Part shown: positions 27,901 through 41,334 of the stretch, piece by piece | Position numbering within the stretch: the first letter of the stretch is position 1 | How the letters are laid out: every line of letters begins with the position of its first letter | DNA from: Azolla caroliniana | Lineage: Eukaryota > Plantae > Polypodiophyta | Length of the DNA: 64,000 nucleotides | Assembly (NCBI GenBank): GCA_043228905.1 | Contig: JBHGNT010000018.1 | Location: 17,980,001-18,044,000 of the forward strand | Direction of reading: 5' to 3' | Program-made: the position numbers and the translations under genes | The notes under the pieces: generated by a model | Databases searched by the model: none | The model's input: only the letters and a program-made list of their open reading frames with translations | What the model was told of the DNA's origin: nothing

Positions 27901-28453
27901 AACAGGGAGTATATTTTAATGTTAAAAATTGCCGACAATAAAAAATATATATATGAAAAATAAGTTAGTGAGCTATTAAAGATCATTCAATTAATGGAAG
28001 TTTAAAATGCAATTAGAAATTATATGTGAGATGTCGAAATTTTGGATCGAGAGATGAGAAGTCGATTCAATTAAAGGAAATTAACACGAAAATTAAAAAT
28101 TAAAAAAGAGCAATCAATATAATACTACGCAGTTAATATTGAAAATTAAAATGTGTGGTTTTACAGTTCAAATCAGAAGTTAAAGAGTTAAAGTTAAAAT
28201 AAAAAAAGGAAATTCGAACAGAAACAAATGAAAAACTAAAATGTATTGGACGAAGAAGATCATACCAGGGTGCGTAAAACTCGACAAGAGCATCCTTATC
28301 TTTCCCAACTTCCTTTTCAAACGTGTCAGGGGTGAGCGCAACAACGTCCTCTGCAGCAACGATGGAAACGCATGAAGAGACCAGAAGGAGAACAAGAAGC
28401 GGAAGAAGACGAGGCGACAGCAGAATCGAGCTGACGGCCTGACAGGAATCCAT
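24915..28453 (-). CDS. PDIL2-1: Protein disulfide isomerase, a-a'-D (ERp29c) class, PDIL2-1/PDI11-like, 11 exons (first 28453-28266, last 24998-24915)
   Basis: Signal peptide, then two thioredoxin domains, each VEFYAPW|CGHCK split by an intron, with GVSGYPT motifs. C-terminal helical ERp29c-like domain ([13 protein letters not shown]...[12 protein letters not shown]). All introns are GT-AG and in phase. Confidence 0.93.
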
Positions 28454-28606
28454 GGATCTAGAAATGAGACAGAAATTAATAAATAAAGAAACAAGATTCT
28501 GCTGAGGACAGGGTAGGCAGGGCAGGGACGGGCCGATCGTCGCGATCAACAGGGGGAAGCAGGGGATGAGCACGACCTCTCTGCGCTTTGATCTAGTCTT
28601 CCTTCT

Positions 28607-28638
<32 letters not shown>

Positions 28639-28724
28639 ATACATATTCTGTGAGGGGTACATTTGTAATTTCCTTAAACTTTATTCTGGTTCTCACATTC
28701 TAAGTGATGGCACAAACATTGCCA

Positions 28725-29075
28725 ATGTATGTATGTACATATATATGTATGTATGTATGTATGCATGCATGCATGAATGATGTTATGTATGTGTGTATGT
28801 ATGTATGCATACATGCATGATGTTATGTATGTATGCATGTACATACTTATGTATGTATGTATACATGCATGCATGCATGATGTTATGTATGTGTGTATGT
28901 ATGTATGCATACATGCATGATGTTATGTATGTGTGTATTGTATGTATGTATGTATGTATGTATGACAAGCATGTATGTATGTATGTATGTATGTATGTAT
29001 GTATGTATGTCAAGCATGTATGTATTGTATGTCAAGCATGTATGTATTGTATGTCAAGCATGTATTGTCACATTA
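28725..29075. repeat. Composite (TATG)n/(CATG)n microsatellite-derived tandem array
   Basis: Recurring blocks such as GCATGATGTTATGTATGTGTGTATGTATGTATGCATACAT and TCAAGCATGTATGTATTGTATG. Confidence 0.9.
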
Positions 29076-29146
29076 AGCATGTCGTGAGGTAGCTTATGTC
29101 CAACATCATTAGTGAGCATGGGTTCTGCATCATGATTGAGAGAACA

Positions 29147-29598
29147 GGTCCCCTATTGCGAGTAAGCCAACACAAGTATAGTAGTAGTACAATAATCTGA
29201 GGAATATTCAACGCCCCCATACAATGTTACGGCCATGACCATATAATATCTCGTGTTAAGATTGTATCGTAGTATATATTCTATACACGTGGATAAAGTG
29301 TGAGGGTTAAACGAGAGTGTAAAGAAGGGAAAGATTGCTTTTAATCCTTGGGATTGAAACAACCCATTAAGACCGAGTGTGAACTTGCCTAAGGGCCTTA
29401 TGTATGGCTAATGAAGGTAGCTAGGCCTCATATTATGTGGTCATTCATGCCCATAATCATTCCCTTCTTTACACTCTCGTTTAACCCTCACTTTATCCAT
29501 GTGGATAAAATACTACGATACAATCTTACCACGGGATATTATATGGTCATGCCCGTAACATACAACCTCTTGTGTGTGGCAAGTCTCCATTAGGGACC
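29147..29598. mobile_element. Foldback or MITE-like element with long inverted arms
   Basis: 29224-29336 is a near-complete reverse complement of 29455-29561. Outer segments 29147-29176 and 29568-29598 also pair (GGTCCC...CACAAG / CTTGTG...GGGACC). No clear TSD. Confidence 0.6.
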
Positions 29599-30124
29599 AT
29601 TCAACTTCGTTGTTTTGCTTTGCCTATTATTTTCTTCTTCTTTTCCAAAAAAGATTATTCTTCATTAGTAGAAATTCTGCATACATGACGAAATTATTAG
29701 GCTGAAAACATTACAATGGCTCTAACCATGATGACCTATAATAAAGCACAAAGAAGCAAGTGAAAGACCAAAAAGAAATATGTTGGACATCCTATATGTA
29801 ATGAATGTCTAGCAAAACCCCTTTTGAGGATGATTCATCCTGACATTCTTCTGTTGAACAATCAACACATACTATTGCATTCGAATTAGCTGAAAATTTC
29901 TCTTCATTGTGGAAGGAGTGGATATCTCGAGAATGTTCTTTAATTTTACTTTAAAAAGGAAGAGCTTGACTTAAATTCTCCACACAAGAATCCATGCTAA
30001 AAATATTTTCAGCCACAACATTAGGCTCAAATTGTCTATCATTTGAGTCAGTGAATGAATCATACACATTGACCTGTCACCTACAACATGCTTGGCAAAT
30101 TTCTGTACTTCTACACCTGCTTCA

Positions 30125-30690
30125 GTTGCTACATTCATAGACACCAAACTTTCCATGATGCACATGCAATTGTTTTCTTCAACATGTGTGTACAACAAGC
30201 TATTATTTTGGTGAAGAGAGAAAGTATAATCTTGGACTGCATTTTGAAACAGGTTCACAGACATGCTTCACACTCTTCTATAGATTCCTTACTCACATCA
30301 GACATCACAACCGAGTATGCATGCTCACCAAAAGGCTTTATATCATCATTGAGATCTACATCAAAAAGAGTCTCATCCGAATGTTTAAACTCTTTCATAC
30401 ATTCCATTTCAGTAGAGACATTCTCAAAAGACTAAGTTTCATCGAATGTTTCGGTGGTTTTCATGATTCCCTCATCCTCAATTCTTGAACAATGTTTCGA
30501 AGAATCCATATTATCATTATATTCTATGAAAGAATGTGTAGCATCTACATCATGTTGCTACACTTCTTGACATCAAACGTTCCTTGATGCACATGCAACT
30601 GTTTTCTTCACCCTGTGTGTACTGCAAGCTATTATTTTGTCGAAGAGAGAAAGTATAATCTTGGACTGCATTTTGAAACAAGCTCATAGA
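30125..30690. repeat. Dispersed duplication of about 135 bp (30125-30261 and 30554-30690)
   Basis: Both copies share TGATGCACATGCAA...AAGCTATTATTTTG..GAAGAGAGAAAGTATAATCTTGGACTGCATTTTGAAACA. A third partial copy lies at about 30731-30754. Confidence 0.85.
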
Positions 30691-31439
30691 TTCAAATTCT
30701 ATGTCTTCACTATCTTCTACATTGATATATATTTTGAAACAAGCTCACAGATTCAGATTCCATGTCTTCGCTACCTTCTACCTTCTATTTTTTTCTTTTT
30801 TCACAATGTAGGTTGGACATATTTGTATATCTATGTGCAATATTAGAGTTGAGGGTTTCATCCCTCCTACGATAGAGCAAATGGAGATGTGGAAGTGTCA
30901 CACATAGATGGCTCTAGCTCTTTACATATGTATACTAAACCCCTAGGTTTTGTTTGTACCATACTTTACAATATCTACAACGTAGATGGTCAAAGGTTGC
31001 CCATTTACTAATTGGGCTTATCTCAAGTATTCCTCGTTTTTTTATAGATGTTTTACCTCTAACAAAGGTTTCCCACTCTAGTATATGTATTTATTTATTT
31101 ATTCATTTTTCCAAAAAAGAATATACTCCATTAGTTAAATAGGTCCTTTTATACACAACTTTAGTCCCCTTATTGGGTAGTCCTTGCCTAAAATTATCCT
31201 ATCATTCTCAGCTACTATATATCCTGTGTTGGTTGTACAAAAGCTTGCCACTAGACTTCTACTTACATCTGGGCGACATTTCATATTTATCTTACACTTT
31301 CGCATATGTCTCTAACTGATCTATACTTGGTTTTATCTACATATTTACTAGTTATCCACGCACTTTCCACACACACCATCTGCATTCAATAGCCCAAATG
31401 TCAGTTATCTAGGTATCTCATTGCATTCATGCGTCTCTT

Positions 31440-33390
31440 TCAACTATGGGAGTGGGAAACAACCATCTAGGTACCACGTACTACCATTGTATATCCATTC
31501 CATTTTCTACAACCATTAGTGTAGTACACCAATGTTTTCTAAAATTCAGCCTCATTAGTTCTGAAGCATCATCAATTCCATCAATCCGCTCATATTGCAC
31601 CCTCAATGTTGTTATCAATGTGTGCCATATTAGCTTAATAGATTCAGCAGGAGGCCGCTTTTTTAATGAAAATACCCTAGTACATTTTGTCGTCCATATG
31701 CTCCATACGACAATGGGTGCAAGCAACATCCATAGATCTCCAATTTTCTTCTTTTGGGCAATAACTATAGGAACCGTGTTATCAGTGATCAGTCAAATAG
31801 TTCCATTCTCCCCTCCATACATTACTTCACATGTGATATCATATTTCTCCATGTCATCATCAAGACAGTTCCAGCAAGCATGTCGCCATTTGAGGGTAAA
31901 TGAGCTAGAGGCATGACATCACAATCATAATGCCCTTCCCCATATAGTCGTTGCCTCACGAGTCGCGACATTCCCAAAGACAATGGGGAATGCTTTTTGT
32001 CCACATGCACTACATCTTGGGTCTACATTGGGGCCTTTGCTCCATGTCATTATCTTGTGATCACCACTGCCATGCCATATGTATCATTTTCTAGAATTTA
32101 TCTAATTGCCTTTTGCTAATGTCCTCCTATATCCAATATTTTTGTGTTGCAATCTCTTTGTGTTCTTGTTCTAGAATAATTTGCCTCTTGATTTTCGTGT
32201 TGTAGCTAAAAAACTGAACCAACTTTGCACCCCTAGTTTATCCCTAAGTTCTCCAGAAATACATCGTTGGGTCCCATTATAGCGGATTCGAATGCCCTTC
32301 TATCAACCAACACACTATCGTCGGTGTGATCTCACTCGGTTTGGGGTCAATCATCGTATCCTTTCCATTTTTTGCAATTAGCATGATCAGCCTTTTACTT
32401 TGATAGGCTGGTTGCTCGTATATTGCCATTCCAAGTTCTATTTTGTAGCAACATGCCTCATTAGATCCTACTTTCATTCCCTTAATTCCACTTATATAGT
32501 TTCCAACATCTATAAGTCATGTCCATTCAATTTCAGGGGTAATTATATCTTCATCTTCCAAGGCTTGCTTGTTGCGTGCAATGGCGTCTGTAATTCTCTT
32601 GAGCATGCTTTTACCCCTACTTATCCTCCATATCCTAGCCTTTTGAGTGCCCACGTCATTAGATAGAAATCTCTTCGAGTCCTCTAACACATTACCTTGG
32701 GCACTGATTAAGTTGGCGCATTTGAAGCATGTTTTTTGTCTTATCATCAACCCATCCACATCTCTGATAAATGGGTTCTACACAATTGGCATATGCATCA
32801 TTTCTCCACATGCGTGTGATCCCCTTTCTGATTCCCTACCACGCCTTCATAATTCCAACAACACATATACTTTGCATACATCACCATCATTTGGGTCGCA
32901 TTTCTGGCACATATCCCCCAAAAGTGTTGCTTGGCCAACTTCCACCTTGTCTTGCCAACCACATCTTCCATTTGTGTCTCCATAGAATTTTCCAATGTGC
33001 CTCAGGTAGTTGCAAGCTCCTATCCACTAATTTGCCCAACAAAGCCTTCGTTTGCACCCGGGGATCTATCAATCCCACCTCGCCTTCACTTTTGCCTTTT
33101 ACAAGTGTGGTCCAAGCAACCTTTGCACAAGCATGTTTTTCCTTAGTGTCCCCCCATAGGAAATTTTTGATAAGCCTTTTTATCAATTACATCAACTTGG
33201 GTGCAATTATTCAACATGCAACAATATGCCATATAGTGGCCATTAGAATTTGATTTGCAATCACAATCTTGCTTGCAAAGGATAGTTTTCTTGCATTCCA
33301 CCATATTCGCTTGGCTTTTATTTTTTCCACTAGTAGATTGTAGTGTTCTGGTCGATCAATGCCCATACCGATTTTGAAACCCAGCACTCT
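31440..33390 (-). mobile_element. Degenerate 5'-truncated LINE (L1/Tx1-type), ORF2 3' half
   Basis: Fragments LGFKIG...EKIKAKRIWWNARKLSFASKIVIANQILMATIWH, IKNFLWG...KVAWTTLVKGKSEGEVGLID, L*WDP and VVWSIWTTKCTRVF are typical of the post-RT and zinc-binding region. Several stops. Confidence 0.85.
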
Positions 33391-34339
33391 AGTATATGTA
33401 TTTGCAAGAAGAAAAAAACACAAAAACGTAATAATTTGATTCCTAACTCATAATTAAACTAATGCATATGCTCATAACACCAATTAGTGCTTGAGAACAA
33501 ACCCATAGCCCCCGACTTTCGCATTCACAACTTCAATGAATAACTTTTGACCTAATTCTATAGTACCGCTATTCTAGATCTTCAAGGCTAGTTAATGATC
33601 CTATTGTTATGTATCGTACACAGAAACTTTACACATTTATACAAATTGTTGGGGAAATAAATGCATTTAATGGGAAACGTGTGAGAATTTTCATTAGACA
33701 TGTGAGGAATATTATTAGAAAAAGGTAGTGCTTTTTAAATAGTTCAAATAAGAGGGTTAATGTAACGTAAAAATCTTGAATTCTTCACTCAAGGTCATAT
33801 TTTTGCAAACTTGAAGGCACATTTATAATTCTCTTAGCAAATATTTGTAGAGCAAGAGTGCATGCACCGTAACTGATGAAATCAACCTCATTATACTCAT
33901 GTTTGTGTGTCTTGCAATTTATTTGCAATAAAGGTGTTGGTAGTCTAAAATTCACATTCACATCTTCATGAACATCCTTGCTTGGGTTGCTTTTCATCAT
34001 TAAGATGTTGTTGGGCTTGTAGACAATTGAACATGTTGCAAAAAGATAATGAGTTCATTTTTAGATAACCTTCCTTGAGGTCTAGGACTTTCTCTTTCGG
34101 ACCAAGAGTTTGAAACGAAAATTCTAATTGCAATTATGTCTCTCCATATTAGCCAATCCATCAGCCATTTGTGTGCATTAACCAATTTTAACAATAGAAT
34201 TTCGTATGTTGAGTGAACTGGATTCATGTTAGAATTAGGACCAATCCCAAACTTCAAAGGAGAAAGCATTACTTGGAGCTATACATTACTACGATCAAAC
34301 ATCACAGTATGACCATTCATTTCAAAGATCTTGATGAAA

Positions 34340-34615
34340 ACATCATAGAAGAGATGATTGGCACTGTAATCACCAAAAGCATTCTTCATGAAATGCTATA
34401 TTAGATCATAATGGCACTATCTTCTTTCAAAACAGCCATAAACATTGGTGAAGATTAAGTTAAAACTCCAAAAATGATTACATCATAGAAGAGATGATTG
34501 GCACTGTAATCACCAAAAGCATTCTTCATGAAATGCTATATTAGATCATAATGGCACTAACTTCTTTCAAAACAGCCATAACCATTGGTGAAGATTAAGT
34601 TAAAACTCCAAAAAT
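34340..34615. repeat. 140-bp tandem duplication downstream of the ODR4 stop codon
   Basis: ACATCATAGAAGAGATGATTGGCACTG...AAAACTCCAAAAAT at 34340 and 34480, with only a few mismatches. Confidence 0.92.
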
Positions 34616-34966
34616 TTCTTTGATTTATTTGCTTTTGGGTTTATGGCTGTGCCATTAAAATGTTTGTTTCTAGGAAAACCAAAGAAAATGATGCAAACAA
34701 ATGGAAAGAAGCAATTTGTTTATAAGTAGGAAGTCTTTTATATAAAGTGGACAAATGTTTTCCCGTTTACCAAGCATGGATCATTAACCAACAAAAGTTA
34801 GGTTCCCTTGGCCTTGCTCAGACTAATGCATTTACAAGAGTTGTTAGTAAGTGCTTTAGTCATGAAAGAATTAGCTTTTTATTTGAAACATTTCATTCCA
34901 AAACTTATGGACATAGAGTACACCCATCGAGATAGTCAAGATGACGAGGGAGAAATCAACCCTGGT

Positions 34967-37900
34967 TTATCGCATAGGTGTATTTGTATGTCTGGAAGCT
35001 ATTTTTAGAACATAGGCAATGAAACAAGCCACAAAGATTATTACAATCGCAGACAAAATGATGGGCTTGTTGAATACACTGGTAGAAGTTGGATCAAGAA
35101 CCCGCTCATTGGACACAACTTTACTTGATTCAACACTTGTTTCGACCTTGAGCTTTAACATATTTCGATTTGAGATCTCCCAAAATGAGATCTCTCTCAA
35201 AACAGCACTAGCATGTTCACGGTCCACAATCTTGGACTCATCTAAAGGTTTGTCTATTCCAAAGAGTTCCTCACATCGACCATTTGTATCCTGTACAAAT
35301 AAATCATATGAATAAATAAGGGAAAAACAACGGCCTAATATTTTTGTCAAGAGCTGGATTTCGAGTTTTCCAGAAAATATTTGCTATTTCTTACAATTGA
35401 AACATTAAAAAATGTTCATAATTTACAAGTAATGGTTGACAACAATAAGTTACGAACATTATGGAGAGTTGAAAGATTAGCCTGATATTTCTACAACTCA
35501 AAAGTTTGAAAACATACTACGCTTTGATGTTCCTTAGTTTTTAGCCTACAAATCATGACAAAGGTGTGTGTAATGCCCATCTTTGAACCTCTTTGGCCCA
35601 AGGGGAATCAACCAAGCTCTTCCATTATTCATTCACTCGAGTATATGCCATTCCATCACCATATAATGACAAACCTTATGACAATAGTTGAAAAATGTGT
35701 TTTCCATGTTTAGAATACTCTGAAATATTCCACACATATTCTATGTTTTAGAACTGCCATAATATAATATTCACGTTTTCTATGTATTCTATATATTTAA
35801 CAAGTATTTAACGTTTCCAAAAAGCTAAATAAAATTAATATTTTTATTTTTATTTTTTAAACATAATCTACGTATTTAAACATATTCTATGTATTTAACA
35901 TAGTTTATCTATAGAATACATTTAAGTATTTAAGAAAAATGGGTGAAGACTTTTAAAATACTTAGCATACATATTCTACGTGTGGTGTATGCTAAGTATT
36001 CTACAATAATGCTTCTGACATTTGAATTTTTTATCGACATAAATGTATGATATCTCTCCATTGAAAGCATTGAAAGCTCACATGATCCCAATTCGAGAAT
36101 TGAAACCATTTATGTGAATGAATAACTAACCTGGATGGTTTCATGTTCTTGCATGTAATCAGAGAGAAGAACCCCCTCAAGCCATGGAATGAAAACACGA
36201 CATGGAAGCTTGCATCGATATTCTGCGGTATCCTCACTGCCAATCAAGATAGAAAATGCCCACATCATGCAAACTGAAAAGGAACGGGGGAATGCTTTTT
36301 CAACAAAGACTTAATAGAAATTTTTAATAAAGCCAGAAACAACCATACCCAAATAAACATAACCAAAGAATTAGTTTAAACAGCACTGCATTTTCAATTA
36401 ATAAAAAAACAAAGCTAAATTAACTCTCAAGAGAAAAGGCAAGAGATTGTTATGATAGTAAGGACAGTGTGCCATTGATCACGCCCGGGTTTGAATATCA
36501 GGTGTACTTGCATGTTTGCCAAACAATAGACCAACAAGATAAGATGGTATACCAATTAGGTTTTCAATGCTTAAGCTAGGTTCAGACTTAGAGTGAACAG
36601 AGGTTCTTCAGTCTCTCCATGTTGTAATTATTAATAAACCGAAACAATGGTCAAAATTTGAAACTTTCAGTTATCTTTCTGACTCTGCCATGCTTCCCAG
36701 CTAATTTCCGCTTTGGCTACCAGAAAAGTAGATGCTGATCCATCAGTCAACCACCGAGCTTTAAAATATGTGCTTTTGAGAAATAGAGTTACATATTAGC
36801 TATATATCATATTGTTCACACAACATAAGTCACGCTAGACCCTAGGTAAACCCATCATCCTAGTCTCAACCGTAAATAGGGAGTTCATAACAACATCACT
36901 GATATGCATCCCATGTCATGGCTGCTCATGACATTTATTTAGATTTACGAGCTACAGGAAAGAGCCTTACATTCTTTGAAGAGGATGTGAAGTTTCTGCA
37001 TCTGTAGACGTGGTCGTATTCCCATTATTCTTGGAGGAAAAATGAACTTCGTCATAGACAATCTCCATCCTACTTCTCAAGCTATTTATTATGTCAGCCT
37101 GTAAAATGAAACAGAACAATGTGCCCTCATTCAAAAAACTGCCAGTTGCAATTTTTTACCTCTGGCTTTATAAATATTTATAAAGAGAACACAATCTGAC
37201 TGAAATATATAAAAATGGGAAAAACTCCAAAATAGACCAGAATTTTCTACATTTTCTTTATTTCCCCAAATACCCTTGGTCAACCCCATCTCAAGTGATT
37301 ATATATGCTATTTTAAGTAATATGAAGGTTAGCTCATCCACATTTTCTCAATTATATGAACAAACCATCCCCGATTTGGGGATTGACTACGAGCATTGGG
37401 GGAAGTAACAAAAACTAGGGGCATTCAGGACAATAAACAAAAACTCGGTAATATTTCAAAGTTTCTCCTGATAAAAGTTTATGCTATATTCCTAGAAATT
37501 TGTGATGTTTTCTCACAATTCCTATTATTCATACATGAAAACGAATGTTTGATAATTGGTATGCTTGCCTTTAAATCTGTGACAGCACGGGCCAGTGGAT
37601 CTCTGGCAAAAGCATATGCATGAGCTCGAACCGAGCCACTCAAGATGACGAGGCCGGTTACTTCCCCATTCTTAGCATCTTCATTAAGATCAAAATTTAT
37701 CATTCAGCTCACACTAGCCAAGAGCCATATCCCACTGCATTTTTTGTGGCTTTATCTTAAAATAAAATATTTTGAAAATCTCTCTAACACCTGTTTCCAA
37801 ATCAAATTTGGCCAGATTATTCTGCATAACGCTACTAAATTTCTAATTAATTAAATAAATTTGTACTGGTATTCTGCTCTTTTTTAGGTAAAAATTGAGA

Positions 37901-40900
37901 ATATCTATTTTTAATCCATTTTTCTCTTTTATATCCCCGCTTTATGACATGTATGACTAGAATTTCAAAATTTTCGCAATTTCCTTTAATAATATTACTA
38001 AATCATAGCAGGATGTAGTTCAAATAGCTTACTACGACAAGATTCATGATTTGTTACCATCCAAATCATTTTATTCACATGATAGCAGTGATGAAAAAGG
38101 GTGTTTCATTCTATTACTTGCAAGAGTGTCAAAAGGAAAAAAAATCAATCCATTTTTCTCTTTTATATCCCCGCTTTATGACATGTACGACTAGAATTTC
38201 AAAATTTTCGCAATTTCCTTTAATAATATTACTAAATCATAGCGGGATGTAGTTCAAATAGCTTATTACGACAAGATTCATGATTTGTTACCATCCAAAT
38301 CATTTTATTCACATGATAGCAGTGATGAAAAAGGGTGTTTCATTCTCTTACTTGCAAGAGTGTCAAAAGGAAAAAAAATCAATCCATTTTTCTCTTTTAT
38401 ATCCCCGCTTTATGACATGTACGACTAGAATTTCAAAATTTTCGCAATTTCCTTTAATAATATTACTAAATCATAGCGGGATGTAGTTCAAATAGCTTAT
38501 TACGACAAGATTCATGATTTGTTACCATCCAAATCATTTTATTCACATGATAGCAGTGATGAAAAAGGGTGTTTCATTCTCTTACTTGCAAGAGTGTCAA
38601 AAGGAAAAAAAATCAATCCATTTTTCTCTTTTATATCCCCGCTTTATGACATGTACGACTAGAATTTCAAAATTTTCGCAATTTCCTTTAATAATATTAC
38701 TAAATCATAGCGGGATGTAGTTCAAATAGCTTATTACGACAAGATTCATGATTTGTTACCATCCAAATCATTTTATTCACATGATAGCAGTGATGAAAAA
38801 GGGTGTTTCATTCTCTTACTTGCAAGAGTGTCAAAAGGAAAAAAAATCTCCATCTTATGATTTGTCTCACCAACTAGAGCCTTGTCATCATTAACCTGTT
38901 TTTATCATCAATACATACCATCCATGATTTTAGCCAATTCAAACATGTCATACCTAATTAACAATGTGCAGAATCAATACCACTGTTCCATTTGTTGACA
39001 TTATTGCAGATTCCAAATGTGTTGCCTCAAGGGATATCGCAGACAAGAGATTTTCATATAGCCGTTTTCTTGAAGATTTATTCACATATAGTGGCACCCT
39101 TGTCATCAGAAAGACACCACCAGTTTATCATTTCTGGCATGAATAAAACCCAAAGCAAATCCTCTATTCTAGTATTTCCCTCACCTACTCTCGAAATTAT
39201 ATGTGCAACTAAGACCATATAGACCCAAGAGGGTCTTTCCCAATTTCCAATCACATGGATGAAAGGATGTAGAGCTAAAACCAGACCCGAAACTGCAGCT
39301 TCGGCAAGAATCTCTACAATAAATGGCAAGAAACAATGTTAAAGAATGACTTTTACTGATATGCTGTTGAATTTGCATAATCATCCACATAAAAAAATAT
39401 ATATACATATAGCAACAATTTTGTAATACTCTTTGACAAGGCCAAAATTTTCTAATTAGATTGAATTTCGTTTACTTGGTTTCATCCTAAATTAGGCACG
39501 TAACTCATATAGCCATTACCTTCTTGGACTATAAGAAAAGTGCAACAGCAAAAAATCTTCAAGTGGATTAGTACTCAATGTTGCTACAATCACCTTTGAC
39601 ACCTGCCAATGAAGTAGATTGACATGATAAAATAAACATTACGTGACTGCTAAAGTGATTATACAAGTCCATGTACTATATATAGAGCTACGTATTCATA
39701 CATTAAAGACCTGACCTGCCATAATAATGCTGTCGAAATTTTGAAGGTACTCTCACTTGCAAGGATATAGAAGCCCACCACCTTCATTCCACCAACGAGC
39801 ATTTTCGAGACCTGGATCATAGATAAATTACAGTCTACACATTTGGAAATCCCATTTAGAAAGCCTAAAATATCACGTCATGTCTGAATCAATTCACCAT
39901 GCATGTCCTTTGATAATATAATGCATACATGGATATGGATGCATTTCAGATGTACAAACATGTTTTACACATTTAATGCATTATGTAAGCATGGATATGT
40001 GTGTGTGTGTGTGTGTACATCACAGTTCACTTTCTAGCATGATGAAAATGTTGTCATGAGGAAAAAGTTGCATTCATTATGAATATGTGATCATGACAAT
40101 CATGCTACACAAATGATGAATATGTATTCACAGATGAATTTTACCAGAGAGAATAATACACACATAATACAATGTGGGCAATGGGCATGATGAATGTTAC
40201 CAATGGAATGCAAATGTGCAGGCTTGGATGCATGTTACACATATAATGTATATTACGTGGCTGTGTGGACATGTATGGACTTTACCTAAATAGATCACGG
40301 TTTTTCAAAAATAATACATGTACGGACATATATGGAATTCACCTATATAGAACGTGTTTTTTTACATATATAATGTATATGTGGGTATGTATGGATCCTC
40401 ACCTATAGAGCGCAATGTTCCATACAAGATCATCCATATGTGAGAATGTATGGATTTTCACCAACAGTCCATGTTTATTTACATATAATGTATATACACA
40501 TTCATGGAAGTTTTTTCACCTACATATAGTCACATGAGATATTTCTACAAATATATACTGCATGCAGGCATGTATGGATATTCACCAATTAGACAATCCA
40601 TAATTTCGTTATGCACAGATATAGTTTCAAAACCTGTCGAGCATGTTCGACGACCCAATCAACATCGATTTGCAGAGTTTGTGGCACAGATCTCCCTTTG
40701 CTTACTTTCTTCTTTTCACTATCTCTGGAAGAGATCTTAGGTTCCCCTTCCAAGAAGACCACGTCTTGACCTTCATTACTCCGAGGGCTAGGAATGAGGG
40801 CAAACACACAATCTCTGCTTGAACCACCACCTAATCTACCAATAGATAGACCAATCTATCCAAGAAGGAGAAAACAAAAAAAATGGTCTATACTCTCAAC

Positions 40901-41054
40901 ATTTTTAACTTATCAAAGAGTGTCTGAGGATGAAGATTTCATGGTATACATATATAAATAGATAGATACACACCTGCAGAGTAATTCCAGACTGCAATTG
41001 ACGATCTATAAAAGCTCCAACGTGGGTCTCATCGCCGATCACAGCTCTCACCAT
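34967..41054 (-). CDS. ODR4: Protein ODR-4 homologue (tail-anchored membrane protein), about 11 exons
   Basis: Reads MVRAVIGDETH..., IGLSIGRLG...FALIPSP, IDVDWVVEHARQ|VSKMLVGGMKVVG, HFSYSPRR, HPCDWKLG, ADIINSLRSRMEI, LPCRVFIPWL...DYMQ, with a C-terminal hydrophobic segment IILSAIVIIFVACFIAYVL. Exons join in phase; one intron is GC-AG. Confidence 0.85.
37913..38848. repeat. Near-perfect 4 x 234-bp tandem repeat overlapping an ODR4 exon 3' end and its donor site
   Basis: Units start at 37913, 38147, 38381 and 38615, which produces the three near-identical 68-aa ORFs in the track. Confidence 0.97.
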
Positions 41055-41334
41055 TCCTTTCTTTTCTTCTTGTTTCTATCTTCCGTCTTCTGCCTACTGT
41101 CTTCTTCTTCTTCTTCTTCTTCTGTGTTCTTCTGTGTTCTTCATGGCATTATTAATGCCTCAATTAAAGGACCTATTGTCATAAGGTCTACCTTCATGAG
41201 TTAATTATCTTTGATTAGGAGCTAATGATGGTTAGTTAATTAAAAATTTTGGTGGGCAAATTTACCTTATTCTTCATGGATTACTTTACTTAAAGTGGTC
41301 CGCGATTATCATTTGTCAAAGTTACTAAGATGTT

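Noticed and set aside
28674-29092. His/Tyr/Met/Cys-rich ORFs
   Set aside because: Translations of TATG/CATG microsatellites.
38046-38720. Three near-identical 68-aa ORFs
   Set aside because: By-products of the 234-bp tandem repeat, antisense to an ODR4 intron.
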